A stretch of DNA of 64,000 nt from Acidobacteriota bacterium (GTDB taxonomy: Bacteria > Acidobacteriota > UBA6911 > RPQK01 > JAJDTT01). Positions 20,046 to 29,080 of the stretch are shown here, one piece after another (positions within the stretch are counted from its first letter, which is position 1; each line of letters opens with the position of its first letter). The notes beneath the pieces were generated by a model that was not told the DNA's origin, did no database searches, and worked only from the letters and a program-made list of their open reading frames with translations. The stretch is taken from assembly GCA_965209055.1 (NCBI GenBank), contig OZ242374.1, positions 2,080,001 to 2,144,000 on the forward strand. The letters are read 5' to 3'. The translations under genes and the position numbers were made by a program.

Positions 20046-20903
20046 ATGCCGCATACTATTCTTGATCTCCGCACTTGGGAGGAGTTCGAGGAAAAGAAAT
20101 TGGAAGATCTCCAAGAGAAAGCAGAGGAGGAGCGCCGCCCAGCCCTTCTGTTTCGCGGTCAAGGACACTCTTGCTGGCCTGTCACAACAACGCTCGAACG
20201 ATCGCTAGATGGACAAGAGATGTCCTTCCTGGGCTACTACGAGTCCATCTATCGGGCAAAACCCAAGATTGAAAGCTATCCCGAACGTCCCTCCTCAAAG
20301 AGTTGGGATGTCCCGCCCCCTAAAAGGTTAGGACACAAGCTTGGGAATCACGAGCCTTTTGCGCGCTTTACGGAGGAAGATTTTAGAACGTGGGGTCTAG
20401 TTTGGACCTACATGGTGCACTTGCGCCATCATGGGTTTCCCTCACCTTTCCTCGATTGGACCCGTTCACCCTATATCGCGGCCTTTTTCGCTTTCCGCCA
20501 GCCGATCAGGGACGTGGAAAAGGTATCCATTTTCGTTTATCGCGAAAAACCAAATCCCACTTATCCCAAGGTTTTCGCTAGTGACCGGCCGGAGATACGC
20601 GTCCTTCCGAAACAGTACGTCCGAACGAATCGAAGGCACTTCCTTCAGCAATGCGAGTACACAATGTGCATGCAAAGAATGTGCATGCAAAATAGGGACT
20701 GCGATTGGTCCTTTGTGCCGCATGAAGGGGTATTCGAGCGTGACGATCCAAATGTAGACATCCTCTGGGAGTTCAACCTCCCCGCGACGGAGCGTCTAAA
20801 GGTTTTGAGGTTGCTTGACAGTTTTAACCTAAATGCATTCTCGCTGTTTGGGTCTGAGGAAAGCCTCATGGAGACGATGGCTTTTCGAGAGCTGGGACAA
20901 TAG
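20046..20903 (+). CDS. FRG domain protein
   Basis: LLFRGQ...LRHHGFPSPFLDWTRSPYIAAFFA. Confidence 0.9.
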   Translation: MPHTILDLRTWEEFEEKKLEDLQEKAEEERRPALLFRGQGHSCWPVTTTLERSLDGQEMSFLGYYESIYRAKPKIESYPERPSSKSWDVPPPKRLGHKLGNHEPFARFTEEDFRTWGLVWTYMVHLRHHGFPSPFLDWTRSPYIAAFFAFRQPIRDVEKVSIFVYREKPNPTYPKVFASDRPEIRVLPKQYVRTNRRHFLQQCEYTMCMQRMCMQNRDCDWSFVPHEGVFERDDPNVDILWEFNLPATERLKVLRLLDSFNLNAFSLFGSEESLMETMAFRELGQ

Positions 20904-20980
20904 TTTCCATGAACCTACAGTCCTCGTGGAGGCGGGGGCAACAGATCGAAGCACACGCAGGCCTTGGACGTCTTACTCAA

Positions 20981-23794
20981 TCACTTCCCGGGTTTCGACC
21001 TCTTGCCGCCATGTACAGACGGCTCCGTGCACCATTGATTGCGCAGCAAGTCCAGCGAATTCTCCAAATCCGGATCGAGCTTCAGCACGCTGAACTGGCC
21101 GAAGAGCAGTTCTCTATCCAGGTTCTGGCGCGTGTCGTCGCGATAGGCTTCGTTCGCGGGAAGAAACTTCTTACTCTTGAAGCGAATGAAGATATCTTGG
21201 CAGTGATTCAACTGCTCTTCCGTCAGATCTCGGGGGTCGAGCACCGGAAGGTCGGGAATAGCAGTGATCGTGATTCTCGATCTCCCCGCCTGTTGGCGGG
21301 TTCCCTTCCACCAGTGCATAAGTAGTCCCAATGTTGAGTTGCTCCATAGCAGCAGGGGGATCTCATGCTGCGCATTGTGGGGAATGATGTTCGGCCACGC
21401 TGTGCCACCGAGACACTTCTCCGGCGTGAGGCACATGGCAAGACTCTGGGAATTCAATCGGAAGTCCCTATTGGCGTGCAATCGGGAAGCCGTCCGTAGC
21501 CAGTCTTTAACTGCCTTCCCCTCACATCCCTTTCGTACGTCACCGCAGCAGTCCGGCTGAACATTCAGTTGATGCTCTCTCTTTGCATTGTGTTTCCATA
21601 GCGCGGGATAGGTTGGGATTTCACCGCTGTGGATCGGGCGAATATCGAAGGCACCTCGTGGCGGACCTCCTTTGACGGAAGGCTTGCCGTTGATGTCCAT
21701 GTCGTATAGACCTCGCTCCGCCACGACTTTGAGTGGAACCATGGAGAGCCTTTCCACTCGTGCCCGCCGAGGTAATCGCAGCTTCCCTGCTTGTAGACTC
21801 TGCGCAGCCTCGATAACGCTGGTGAATCGGACGCCAGCAGCCCCTGCATCATGGATGCGGCCCTGAACGGCATTGGCCTTTATGTCTTTCGCGACTAGGG
21901 TGGCTTCCAGCAGGGACGCAGGCCGAGACGTAAAACTGGAGAACATCGTGCAAGGCTTCGTCGAACTCCGCTTGGTCGCCACGACAAGACACTCAGCAAT
22001 GCCCGTATCCGCCGAGAATGCCCTGTCCGTCGATCCCGTCGCGGCAATGGACAAGACATGGATATCGGTGTAGTACCTTTCAAGGCTCTCCCGCGCCCGG
22101 CCCCAGGCCTTGCCTCGGGCCAATGCAAACGGCAGCACCAGCGCCATTACTCCGCCATCCTTCAGCTTACGATGCGCCAAGTCCATGAAGTTCGAGGCGA
22201 GACCTGAATTACCATGGCCAAAATCCGCTTTGACCCTGCTCAGCTTCCTTGACATGGCCTTCTGCTCGTCGGGTGGTGTGTTGAATCCCGCGAAGCTGGG
22301 AACGGGAGTATTGTCCCGGCTCGACCCTGCGTGATTTGTGGGTCGCGTGAACGGTGGATTCATGATTATCAGATCACAAGACTCGCCCTTGACCGAGACC
22401 GAATGCACACTGCTAGTGTCGGACTCCTGTCCACCAATCGATTCGCCGGTGGCGAACAGGGAGTAGACGTGGTTGGCGTCGAGTAGGTCCAGTGAGCCAA
22501 TGTGTGTCGTGCCGCCATCAACGCCGTAGGGCATCGTGTAGATGTTTGTCCTGCCGAATGTCTCTCTCGGGTGGGCACTGGAGAGCATTGAGCAAGTCAG
22601 GTGCGTGGCGGCGGGCATGATGTCCATACCGATCATCGTGCGCTCCATCATGGCGCAGTGCAGATCCAAGTCGTTCCCTCCCGCCCGGCGATACCGGCGG
22701 CAGATGGAGCGCTGCACGGCGGAGAGCAAGGCTCCGGTGCCGCAAGCGAAGTCCGCGATCCTCAAATCCTCGATATCCTCCAGGTTTGACCAGTCCACCG
22801 GCAGGCGTTCCACGGCGAGTTCCGCGAGAAGCGTTGCAGACGGCGGCAGCGTGTAGAAGGTGGCCAGAAACTTGCGGTCAGCAATGAGGGCTTGGAACAT
22901 ACGCCCCGTGAGATCGTGGTAGGTGGTCGCTCCCAGTGAGGCCAGCGAAGCAGCCGTCTCCAGAAGTTGCTCCATCAGGCGCGGCACTAAGGGAGTCTGG
23001 ATCTCCTCAAGCAGCGATGTGGCAATGGAGAAGATCGGCCAGTAATTGACCTTCAGAATCTCCCCCCAGACAAGGATCAACCTGCGTTTGTGCATCCCCG
23101 CGCCCTCAAGTTCGGACATTGGCGGAACACCGTCTTGTCCCTCGATGGAGGCGTGGAACACGAATGCGGAAGTGAGGATCGCAGAGACCATCCGCAAGGT
23201 CTGCTCACCGGAGCTTTGCATGAGCTTTTGGGCGAGGCGCTCCTGCACGTACGCTGTGGAATGCAACGACAGTAGACCAGCGCATGCTTTGACGGTCGCT
23301 TCGAGCATTCGCACCCCTGTTGCAAGCTTCCGCTCCGACAGGGACAGGGCCTCAATGGCATCTGCTAGATCGTCTACTGACCCAGTGAGATATTCTGACT
23401 CCGGCCAGCGGGAATGATGGTCATCAGTGTGCAGGTGGTGCGTGGCGTAGCGCAGCTTGGAGTTCTCTATGGCAGCCAGCGAACCGGTCTTCAGTTCGAC
23501 CGGAAACACGACGGAGAGCGCGCTTTCGATGGTATCCCCGGTGGAATCCAGCTTCCGCCCGAGTCGGCCAATGGCTTCGTTCTCGACCGTCCGAGCGGGA
23601 TAGAACTCAGTCTCGACAGCGACCGGCTGGCGGGATGGCGTATGGATCAAGATATCGATCTGGCCGGAGCCTCCCTGCAACACGCCAGTCCGTTCCGCAT
23701 GGACAGACGTGTCATCCCAGAGCGGGTGGCGTTTCATCAGGGCGCGGGCCAATGCGCCGTTTGCCTGGGGCTCGGTATTTCGGGGTAGGCTCAT
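20981..23794 (-). CDS. Fused restriction-modification enzyme (type IIG-like, N6-adenine methyltransferase)
   Basis: FYT, motif I DFACGTG and motif IV NPPF; N-terminal IDILI...VAVETE nuclease-like segment; 937 aa. Confidence 0.8.
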   Translation of the reverse strand: MSLPRNTEPQANGALARALMKRHPLWDDTSVHAERTGVLQGGSGQIDILIHTPSRQPVAVETEFYPARTVENEAIGRLGRKLDSTGDTIESALSVVFPVELKTGSLAAIENSKLRYATHHLHTDDHHSRWPESEYLTGSVDDLADAIEALSLSERKLATGVRMLEATVKACAGLLSLHSTAYVQERLAQKLMQSSGEQTLRMVSAILTSAFVFHASIEGQDGVPPMSELEGAGMHKRRLILVWGEILKVNYWPIFSIATSLLEEIQTPLVPRLMEQLLETAASLASLGATTYHDLTGRMFQALIADRKFLATFYTLPPSATLLAELAVERLPVDWSNLEDIEDLRIADFACGTGALLSAVQRSICRRYRRAGGNDLDLHCAMMERTMIGMDIMPAATHLTCSMLSSAHPRETFGRTNIYTMPYGVDGGTTHIGSLDLLDANHVYSLFATGESIGGQESDTSSVHSVSVKGESCDLIIMNPPFTRPTNHAGSSRDNTPVPSFAGFNTPPDEQKAMSRKLSRVKADFGHGNSGLASNFMDLAHRKLKDGGVMALVLPFALARGKAWGRARESLERYYTDIHVLSIAATGSTDRAFSADTGIAECLVVATKRSSTKPCTMFSSFTSRPASLLEATLVAKDIKANAVQGRIHDAGAAGVRFTSVIEAAQSLQAGKLRLPRRARVERLSMVPLKVVAERGLYDMDINGKPSVKGGPPRGAFDIRPIHSGEIPTYPALWKHNAKREHQLNVQPDCCGDVRKGCEGKAVKDWLRTASRLHANRDFRLNSQSLAMCLTPEKCLGGTAWPNIIPHNAQHEIPLLLWSNSTLGLLMHWWKGTRQQAGRSRITITAIPDLPVLDPRDLTEEQLNHCQDIFIRFKSKKFLPANEAYRDDTRQNLDRELLFGQFSVLKLDPDLENSLDLLRNQWCTEPSVHGGKRSKPGK

Positions 23795-23943
23795 GAGCGT
23801 CTCCGCGCCACGGGCTCACACGCTTTGCCGCAGCGGGGACAGTCCACGCGGGCTCCTTGGTAGCCGCAGTCCGGACAGTGATAAGAGTTTCGGTTCCGGA
23901 GCCGATCCAGAGCCAGCTTACTGATGGTCTCCATTCGTTCCAT
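23791..23943 (-). CDS. Small zinc-ribbon protein translationally coupled to the RM gene
   Basis: CPDC-x8-CPRC; its TGA overlaps the RM ATG (ATGA). Confidence 0.55.
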   Translation of the reverse strand: MERMETISKLALDRLRNRNSYHCPDCGYQGARVDCPRCGKACEPVARRRS

Positions 23944-24066
23944 GTGGATGTCCGAACTGCTCATACAGTTCATTCTGCCAGAACGGTCTGCCTAGTCCAG
24001 AATCAGTTCTCGGAGCGGAGCGTTTCTTCTGTGGTCTTTCTCCGGGCCTTCCCGCAGGGAGACTTG

Positions 24067-24165
24067 GGACGGGAGCGACCCTCCCAGGGGGTGCTGCGCA
24101 AATGTGAATTGCGCAACACTCCCGCGCCCGCACCGGGCAGCAAAAAGGGGGGGTCGCTCCCGTCC
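24067..24165. other. Nested inverted repeats (three-way-junction-like structure)
   Basis: 19-bp outer stem enclosing a 15-bp and a 5-bp hairpin. Confidence 0.55.
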
Positions 24166-24897
24166 ACCTCCATTTTCCCCGTGCGGCCATCCGGTGGCCG
24201 GAAATGGGTCCGTAACTGACTGAAAGGAAAAAAGATCGGGGAAAGCGTCTTTGTGAACGACTGGGACCGCTTTTTGTGAATCCACCCCCTTTGTCCCATT
24301 CACATCCCGGATCGGGCGCGAAACCCTCTTTTCGCACTGCCGAAACGAGCCTCCATTGGCCCTTGCGACTGCCAAGTGCGGAACTGTCTCGGCAGACCGT
24401 CCCGTAGGGTTCGCAATACGGCCCACCTACCCCGACCCGATAGTCTCGCCATCCGGCGCAGGCCCGCTCGAAGCTCATGGACGCCTGGATCGGTTCGGGT
24501 GTCCAGGCTCCCGAGATTCCCCGCACCGAGCGCGTCGGATCAATGGATGGAAACGGGTTCCAGCCTTTATGGCCATTGACCTGCACGACAAAATGACGCG
24601 CAAGTCTGCGCCGGTCGTTCGGCAGCCCCTCAACCAAAGGGTGCCCTCACTGCACTGGATCTCGACATATGCTCCTCCTTGGTTTCTGAACCAGCTGTGC
24701 TGGCGGCAAAAAGACATCGCTTTCCGCAAGGTAGCAGATCAGACCAGCCGGTCCAGTTTCATGGAAAACTGCCGCCGGACGTTTCCTCTTTATAGCAGGG
24801 CTGGAATCGGCACCGGTGGGACAAGGGGTCCTGAACCACGCGCCCGTCTCGGTCGGCCGGCGTCCTCCAGATCCGGTCCGGCGAGGGGAACGATTGT

Positions 24898-24984
24898 GCC
24901 CGGGTGGCGAAATCGGCAGACGCGCAGGACTTAAAATCCTGTGGAGGGTCACCTTCCGTGTGGGTTCGACTCCCACCCCGGGCA
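24898..24984 (+). tRNA. tRNA-Leu(UAA), CCA not encoded
   Basis: GCCCGGG/CCCGGGC acceptor stem, CAGGA-CTTAAAA-TCCTG anticodon arm, long variable arm, GTTCGACT T-loop. Confidence 0.95.
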
Positions 24985-25156
24985 CTCCCCATGACCGCCG
25001 GAACCGGAAACGTAACCACGGAGGATCGCCTGATCTCCCCCAAGATTCTGGAGCACCACAGACAGACTCACACCCGCTTCAGTTGTCCTACCTTCATGGG
25101 AAACTGGGAGCGTGACGCAGGATCACAATCTCGCCTCCAGTCCAAAGGACCACCCG

Positions 25157-25924
25157 ATGAGTGACAACAAAGCCCTTGATCTGCTCGGAATAAAGGGACT
25201 TAGCGATTCCATGAAAATCACCACGCAGGGTTTCATAGACGGGGCAGCTGCCTTTTTGTCTCGCCTGTGTCTTCCCGCTGCGGAAGAGTTTGGTCTGGCG
25301 CTCCGTGATCGCATCTCCGCATGGCGAGCAAGAAACGCTGTCCGAATGCTCAACAAGGCAAATAAGCGCTATCTGTCGAATGATCCGAATCCGGCAGACG
25401 CATTGAGCCCGCGCCTGGTGCATCTTGCCATTGAAGAGGCGTCTTGGATCGACGACGAACAGATCCAAGATATGTGGGCAGGCCTATTGGCGTCAGCGAC
25501 ATCGATAGAAGGCCGCTCTGACGAAAATTTGATTTTAATGAACCTCTTGAAACAGCTCTCATCGCTTGAGGTCAAGATGTTGCGGATTGCGGTCGAGAAA
25601 GCACACAAGCATGTTGCCCAGCACGGCTTGATTATGCCTGATCGTATGATTATTCCCACCAACAAGCTAAGAGATGTCTTCGGCGTTCAGGACCTGCAGC
25701 GCATTGATCGTGAGCTTGACCATCTCCGCGAACTTGGTCTAATTGGCTGGAGTTGGGGTGGGGGAATAGACGTCGGTGGTAGTTACACTGACCTGACTCC
25801 ATCACCGTTAGCGATGCACCTGTACGTTCGGGCACAGGGTTCTCGTCTGTCGCCGGCGACGTATTGGGATCTACCACCATCAACAGCGGAAGGCACTCTG
25901 GATGGGGCAACGTCTTCCGGGTGA
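25157..25924 (+). CDS. Abi-alpha family protein
   Basis: PAAEEFGLALRDRISAWR...PRLVHLAIEEASWIDDEQIQDMWAGLLASA. Confidence 0.72.
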   Translation: MSDNKALDLLGIKGLSDSMKITTQGFIDGAAAFLSRLCLPAAEEFGLALRDRISAWRARNAVRMLNKANKRYLSNDPNPADALSPRLVHLAIEEASWIDDEQIQDMWAGLLASATSIEGRSDENLILMNLLKQLSSLEVKMLRIAVEKAHKHVAQHGLIMPDRMIIPTNKLRDVFGVQDLQRIDRELDHLRELGLIGWSWGGGIDVGGSYTDLTPSPLAMHLYVRAQGSRLSPATYWDLPPSTAEGTLDGATSSG

Positions 25925-26146
25925 ACCTAATCGGAACAGCAATCTGGGGCGTGGATTGGAATACGAAAAAGTAGATGCCGGTTTGTCCGGTTGGGCGGAT
26001 CGGAGATGAGGAAAGGGCGGTGACTGTCCTTCACCGAAGTCCGATCTGGCCCTCCATTTTTTTCGGCCCATTCCCGACAGTGCACGGCCAACATCTGCCG
26101 TTCATTTCGCAATTTTCTTGGGGTCTTTTTACAGCATCCAGTCTTG

Positions 26147-26266
26147 CTAATTCAGGCACAGAAGATAGATGTAGGCGTCCCGTTCGGCCAGCGCCGTCAC
26201 GTGGACGCTGATCGATCCCACGTAGTCGCTGACGACAATCGAAATGGATGGAAGACGGTCCTTCAT
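26147..26266 (-). pseudogene. Possible remnant of a phage YdaU/DUF1376-type replication gene N-terminus
   Basis: MKDRLPSISIVVSDYVGS...LAERDAYIYLLC; weak resemblance only. Confidence 0.35.
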
Positions 26267-26657
26267 GGGTCGCGTTCAGCATTGGCAATTGGTCAACAGA
26301 CTGAATTCACAATGTTTCCGAGCAGCGGAACGGAATGGAGAAAGGAAACACGGAAGCGCGAAATCCGATGCCTGTTTGTTGCCTGTTCAGCACGCTAAAC
26401 ATAGGGAGTCAACCACTTTACCGATTCGGCGAAGAACCCGGTAATCCGTTGAAAACGTTAACCTTCGTTAGTTTTTGACTTTGGGGCAGTCGGGACTGTT
26501 AGTCCCCGACTGGGGGGTGCAGGGGGGCGATAGCCCCCCTCCGCGCTTCAAACAACCGAAAAAACCCCGGTCCATCGCAATTCCCCAAACCCCACCTCTT
26601 CCCTCTTTAACTCTTCCCTCTTTGCTCTCTCCCCTTTACTCTCTTCCCAGCACCACC

Positions 26658-27860
26658 ATGCCCCCACCGCCCTCCAACAGACGAAGCTTCCTCACCCACC
26701 TGAGCGCCGGCGCCCTCCTCTCAGCCGCGCCGCCCCTCCGGGCCGCCTCCGAACCGGAGTCCGGCTACCACCCCCAAGACTTGGGCCTCGACCCCGCCCG
26801 CCTCGACCGCGCCTACGCCCTGGTCCAGCGCATGCTCTCCCCCCGCCCCGAATACGGCGCCGCCATCCTGGCCGGCCGGCGCGACCGCATCCTCCCTCCC
26901 CGCGCCTTCGGCCGAATGGGTACCCTCGACGCTCCGGAAGTGCGTCCCGATACCATCTTCCTCATCGCCTCCTGCACCAAGCCCATCGTCGCCAGCGCCG
27001 CCTGCCTCCTGATCGAACGGGGCCTTCTGGAACTTGACCAGCCCCTCCACGAGATCATTCCGGAAATCGCGGAAGAGCAGCACGGAATCCGCCTCATCCA
27101 CCTCATGACCCACACCTCCGGTTTCGGCTCCATCCCCCGCAACCAGGAATTCCGGGCCACCCGCCAACCTCTGGACCGGTTCCTCCGCGAGATGTTCAAA
27201 CGGCGGACGTCCGACTTCGCGCCCGGCAAAGGAGTCAAGTACTGCAACGCCGGCTTCCTCCTCCTGAGTGAAGCGATCCGCCGCGCTAGCGGCATGTCCA
27301 CCCCCGATTTCCTGAAAAAGGAGTTCTTCCGGCCCCTGGGTATGCCCGACTCGTTCCTGGGACGGACCGACCAGGACCGGAGCCGGATCTCAGACTGTGT
27401 CCTGCCTCCCGAGCTGGCGGCGGCGGTGAGCAACTGGAACACCGACTACTTCCACCGCCTGGCCAACCCCTGGGGCGGGATCTTCTCCACGGTGCGCGAC
27501 TACAGCCGGTTTCTCCAGATGCTCCTCAACGGCGGAGAGTACCGGGGAGTTCGCGTTTTCAGCCCGGCCACGGTCCGGATGATGACCGGCAACCAGATCC
27601 CGCGGCTTCCCGGCTTGAGCCAGGCTCACCGGATCGCCCACGCCACGGGCCTGGGTTGGCAACTGCGGGACAACGGGCACTTCAAATTCATGGGAAGCCT
27701 GGTCTCGCCGCAGTCCTACGGCCACTACGGCGTGACGGGCTGCTCGGTGTGGGCCGACCCGGAGACCGGCCTCTTCATGACCCTGTTCAGCAACAAGCCC
27801 TACAGCGACCGGGAGCTGGGAATCGTCTCCAACGCCGTCGCCTCCTCCTTGGTGGAATAA
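26658..27860 (+). CDS. Serine hydrolase (beta-lactamase class C-like), Tat-exported
   Basis: RRSFL Tat motif, SCTK (SxxK), LMTHTSG, YCN and GHYG. Confidence 0.9.
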   Translation: MPPPPSNRRSFLTHLSAGALLSAAPPLRAASEPESGYHPQDLGLDPARLDRAYALVQRMLSPRPEYGAAILAGRRDRILPPRAFGRMGTLDAPEVRPDTIFLIASCTKPIVASAACLLIERGLLELDQPLHEIIPEIAEEQHGIRLIHLMTHTSGFGSIPRNQEFRATRQPLDRFLREMFKRRTSDFAPGKGVKYCNAGFLLLSEAIRRASGMSTPDFLKKEFFRPLGMPDSFLGRTDQDRSRISDCVLPPELAAAVSNWNTDYFHRLANPWGGIFSTVRDYSRFLQMLLNGGEYRGVRVFSPATVRMMTGNQIPRLPGLSQAHRIAHATGLGWQLRDNGHFKFMGSLVSPQSYGHYGVTGCSVWADPETGLFMTLFSNKPYSDRELGIVSNAVASSLVE

Positions 27861-27915
27861 CGGCCAGGCCCCCCCGGCGGCGACTGCATTGAACCGCCTC
27901 GACGACGCCGCGGTC

Positions 27916-27939
27916 GTAGGGGCACCCCTTATGGGTGCC
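27916..27939 (+). repeat. GTAG-type REP palindrome
   Basis: GTAGGGGCACCCCTTATGGGTGCC. Confidence 0.65.
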
Positions 27940-27986
27940 ATCTTACTCCCCGCATTGCAGCCGGCTTGGCCCGGTGGGAACCCACT

Positions 27987-28195
27987 TCAATTCCCACGTT
28001 GCCGGTTCAAGAGTTGCGAGTAGGCCTTTTGGATCGACGTCACCAGGGCGTGCCCCGGCCCCAGGCTCTGCTTTCCGATGTCCAGGGCCCTCCGGAGGAG
28101 CGGTTCGGCTTCGGCGAACCGTTGGTGGTCCCGATAGAGGAATCCAAGATTCCCGAGGCTCCAAGCCACCTGTGGATGCCCCGGCGCTGGAGCCT
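27987..28195 (-). pseudogene. 3' fragment of the TPR gene (diverged duplicate of ~37405-37588)
   Basis: VAWSLGNLGFLYRDHQRFAEAEPLL versus VAWSLGNLGFLYRDQQRYAEAEPLL. Confidence 0.88.
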
Positions 28196-28237
28196 ACGGG
28201 AGGGCTTTGGAACGGTGGAAGGTGAGGAGCGGGATGC

Positions 28238-29080
28238 TTAGGGCACGGGGCCTATGAACCCCGCGTCCGCGCCGTCGCCCTCTCCCGGGAGGGCCGCGTA
28301 GGGATAGCAGAAAAGGGCGCCGTCGATAGGAGAGACGCTGATGTGCGCCTGGACGTTGAAGACCGAAGCGAGCACGTCCTCTCGAATGACCTCTGTGGGC
28401 AGGCCTTCCTCAACAATACGGCCACCGTGCAGAACCACCAGGCGCTCCGCGTACTGGGACGCCTGATTCAGGTCATGGAGCGCCATGACCACGGTAAGGC
28501 CGTGCTCACGGTTCAACGCCTGGATGAGGTTGAGCGCCTGGATCTGATGATTGACGTCCAGGAACGTCGTGGGCTCGTCTAAAAGGAGGATGCGCGGCTC
28601 CTGCGCCAGGGCAAGCGCTATCCAGACCCGCTGGCGCTCACCCCCGGAGAGGCTATCCAGGAGACGGTGACGGAAACGGCTGGAGGACGTGAGCTCCAGC
28701 GCCCGCTCAACCGCCGCGCGGTCCCTGTCCGAACGCATTCGGAGCGGGCCCGTATGGGGATACCGGCCCTGTTCGACCAGCTCCTGCACAGTCATCCCCG
28801 GAACGGCACCCGGCGACTGCGACAGCGTCGCGATCTGCCGCGCCACTTGGCCGGGGGACATCCTGGCCATGGCTGCGCCATCCAGCAGCACGGAGCCCAT
28901 CTCGGGGCGTAGGAGGCGGGCAAGCGTGCGAAGCAGGGTGGACTTCCCGGAACCGTTGGGGCCGATGATGGCAGTCACGGTCCCCCGTAGAATGGAGAGC
29001 GTCACCTCCTTCAGCACCAGGCTCTTGCCCAGACGCACGGAGATGGCCTTGGCGTCCAATACGACCGTGTCTCGCATCAT
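28238..29080 (-). CDS. Fe-siderophore/cobalamin ABC transporter ATP-binding protein
   Basis: GPNGSGKST, LSGGERQR and LLLDEPT. Confidence 0.93.
   Translation of the reverse strand: MMRDTVVLDAKAISVRLGKSLVLKEVTLSILRGTVTAIIGPNGSGKSTLLRTLARLLRPEMGSVLLDGAAMARMSPGQVARQIATLSQSPGAVPGMTVQELVEQGRYPHTGPLRMRSDRDRAAVERALELTSSSRFRHRLLDSLSGGERQRVWIALALAQEPRILLLDEPTTFLDVNHQIQALNLIQALNREHGLTVVMALHDLNQASQYAERLVVLHGGRIVEEGLPTEVIREDVLASVFNVQAHISVSPIDGALFCYPYAALPGEGDGADAGFIGPVP

Larger units (their letters stand above)
15927..26505. mobile_element. Integrative element / decayed prophage-like defence island
   Basis: 14-bp direct repeat GGGACTGTTAGTCC at 15927-15940 and 26492-26505; integrase next to the left end; shared subterminal motifs at both ends; visibly lower-GC cargo. 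Confidence 0.7.
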
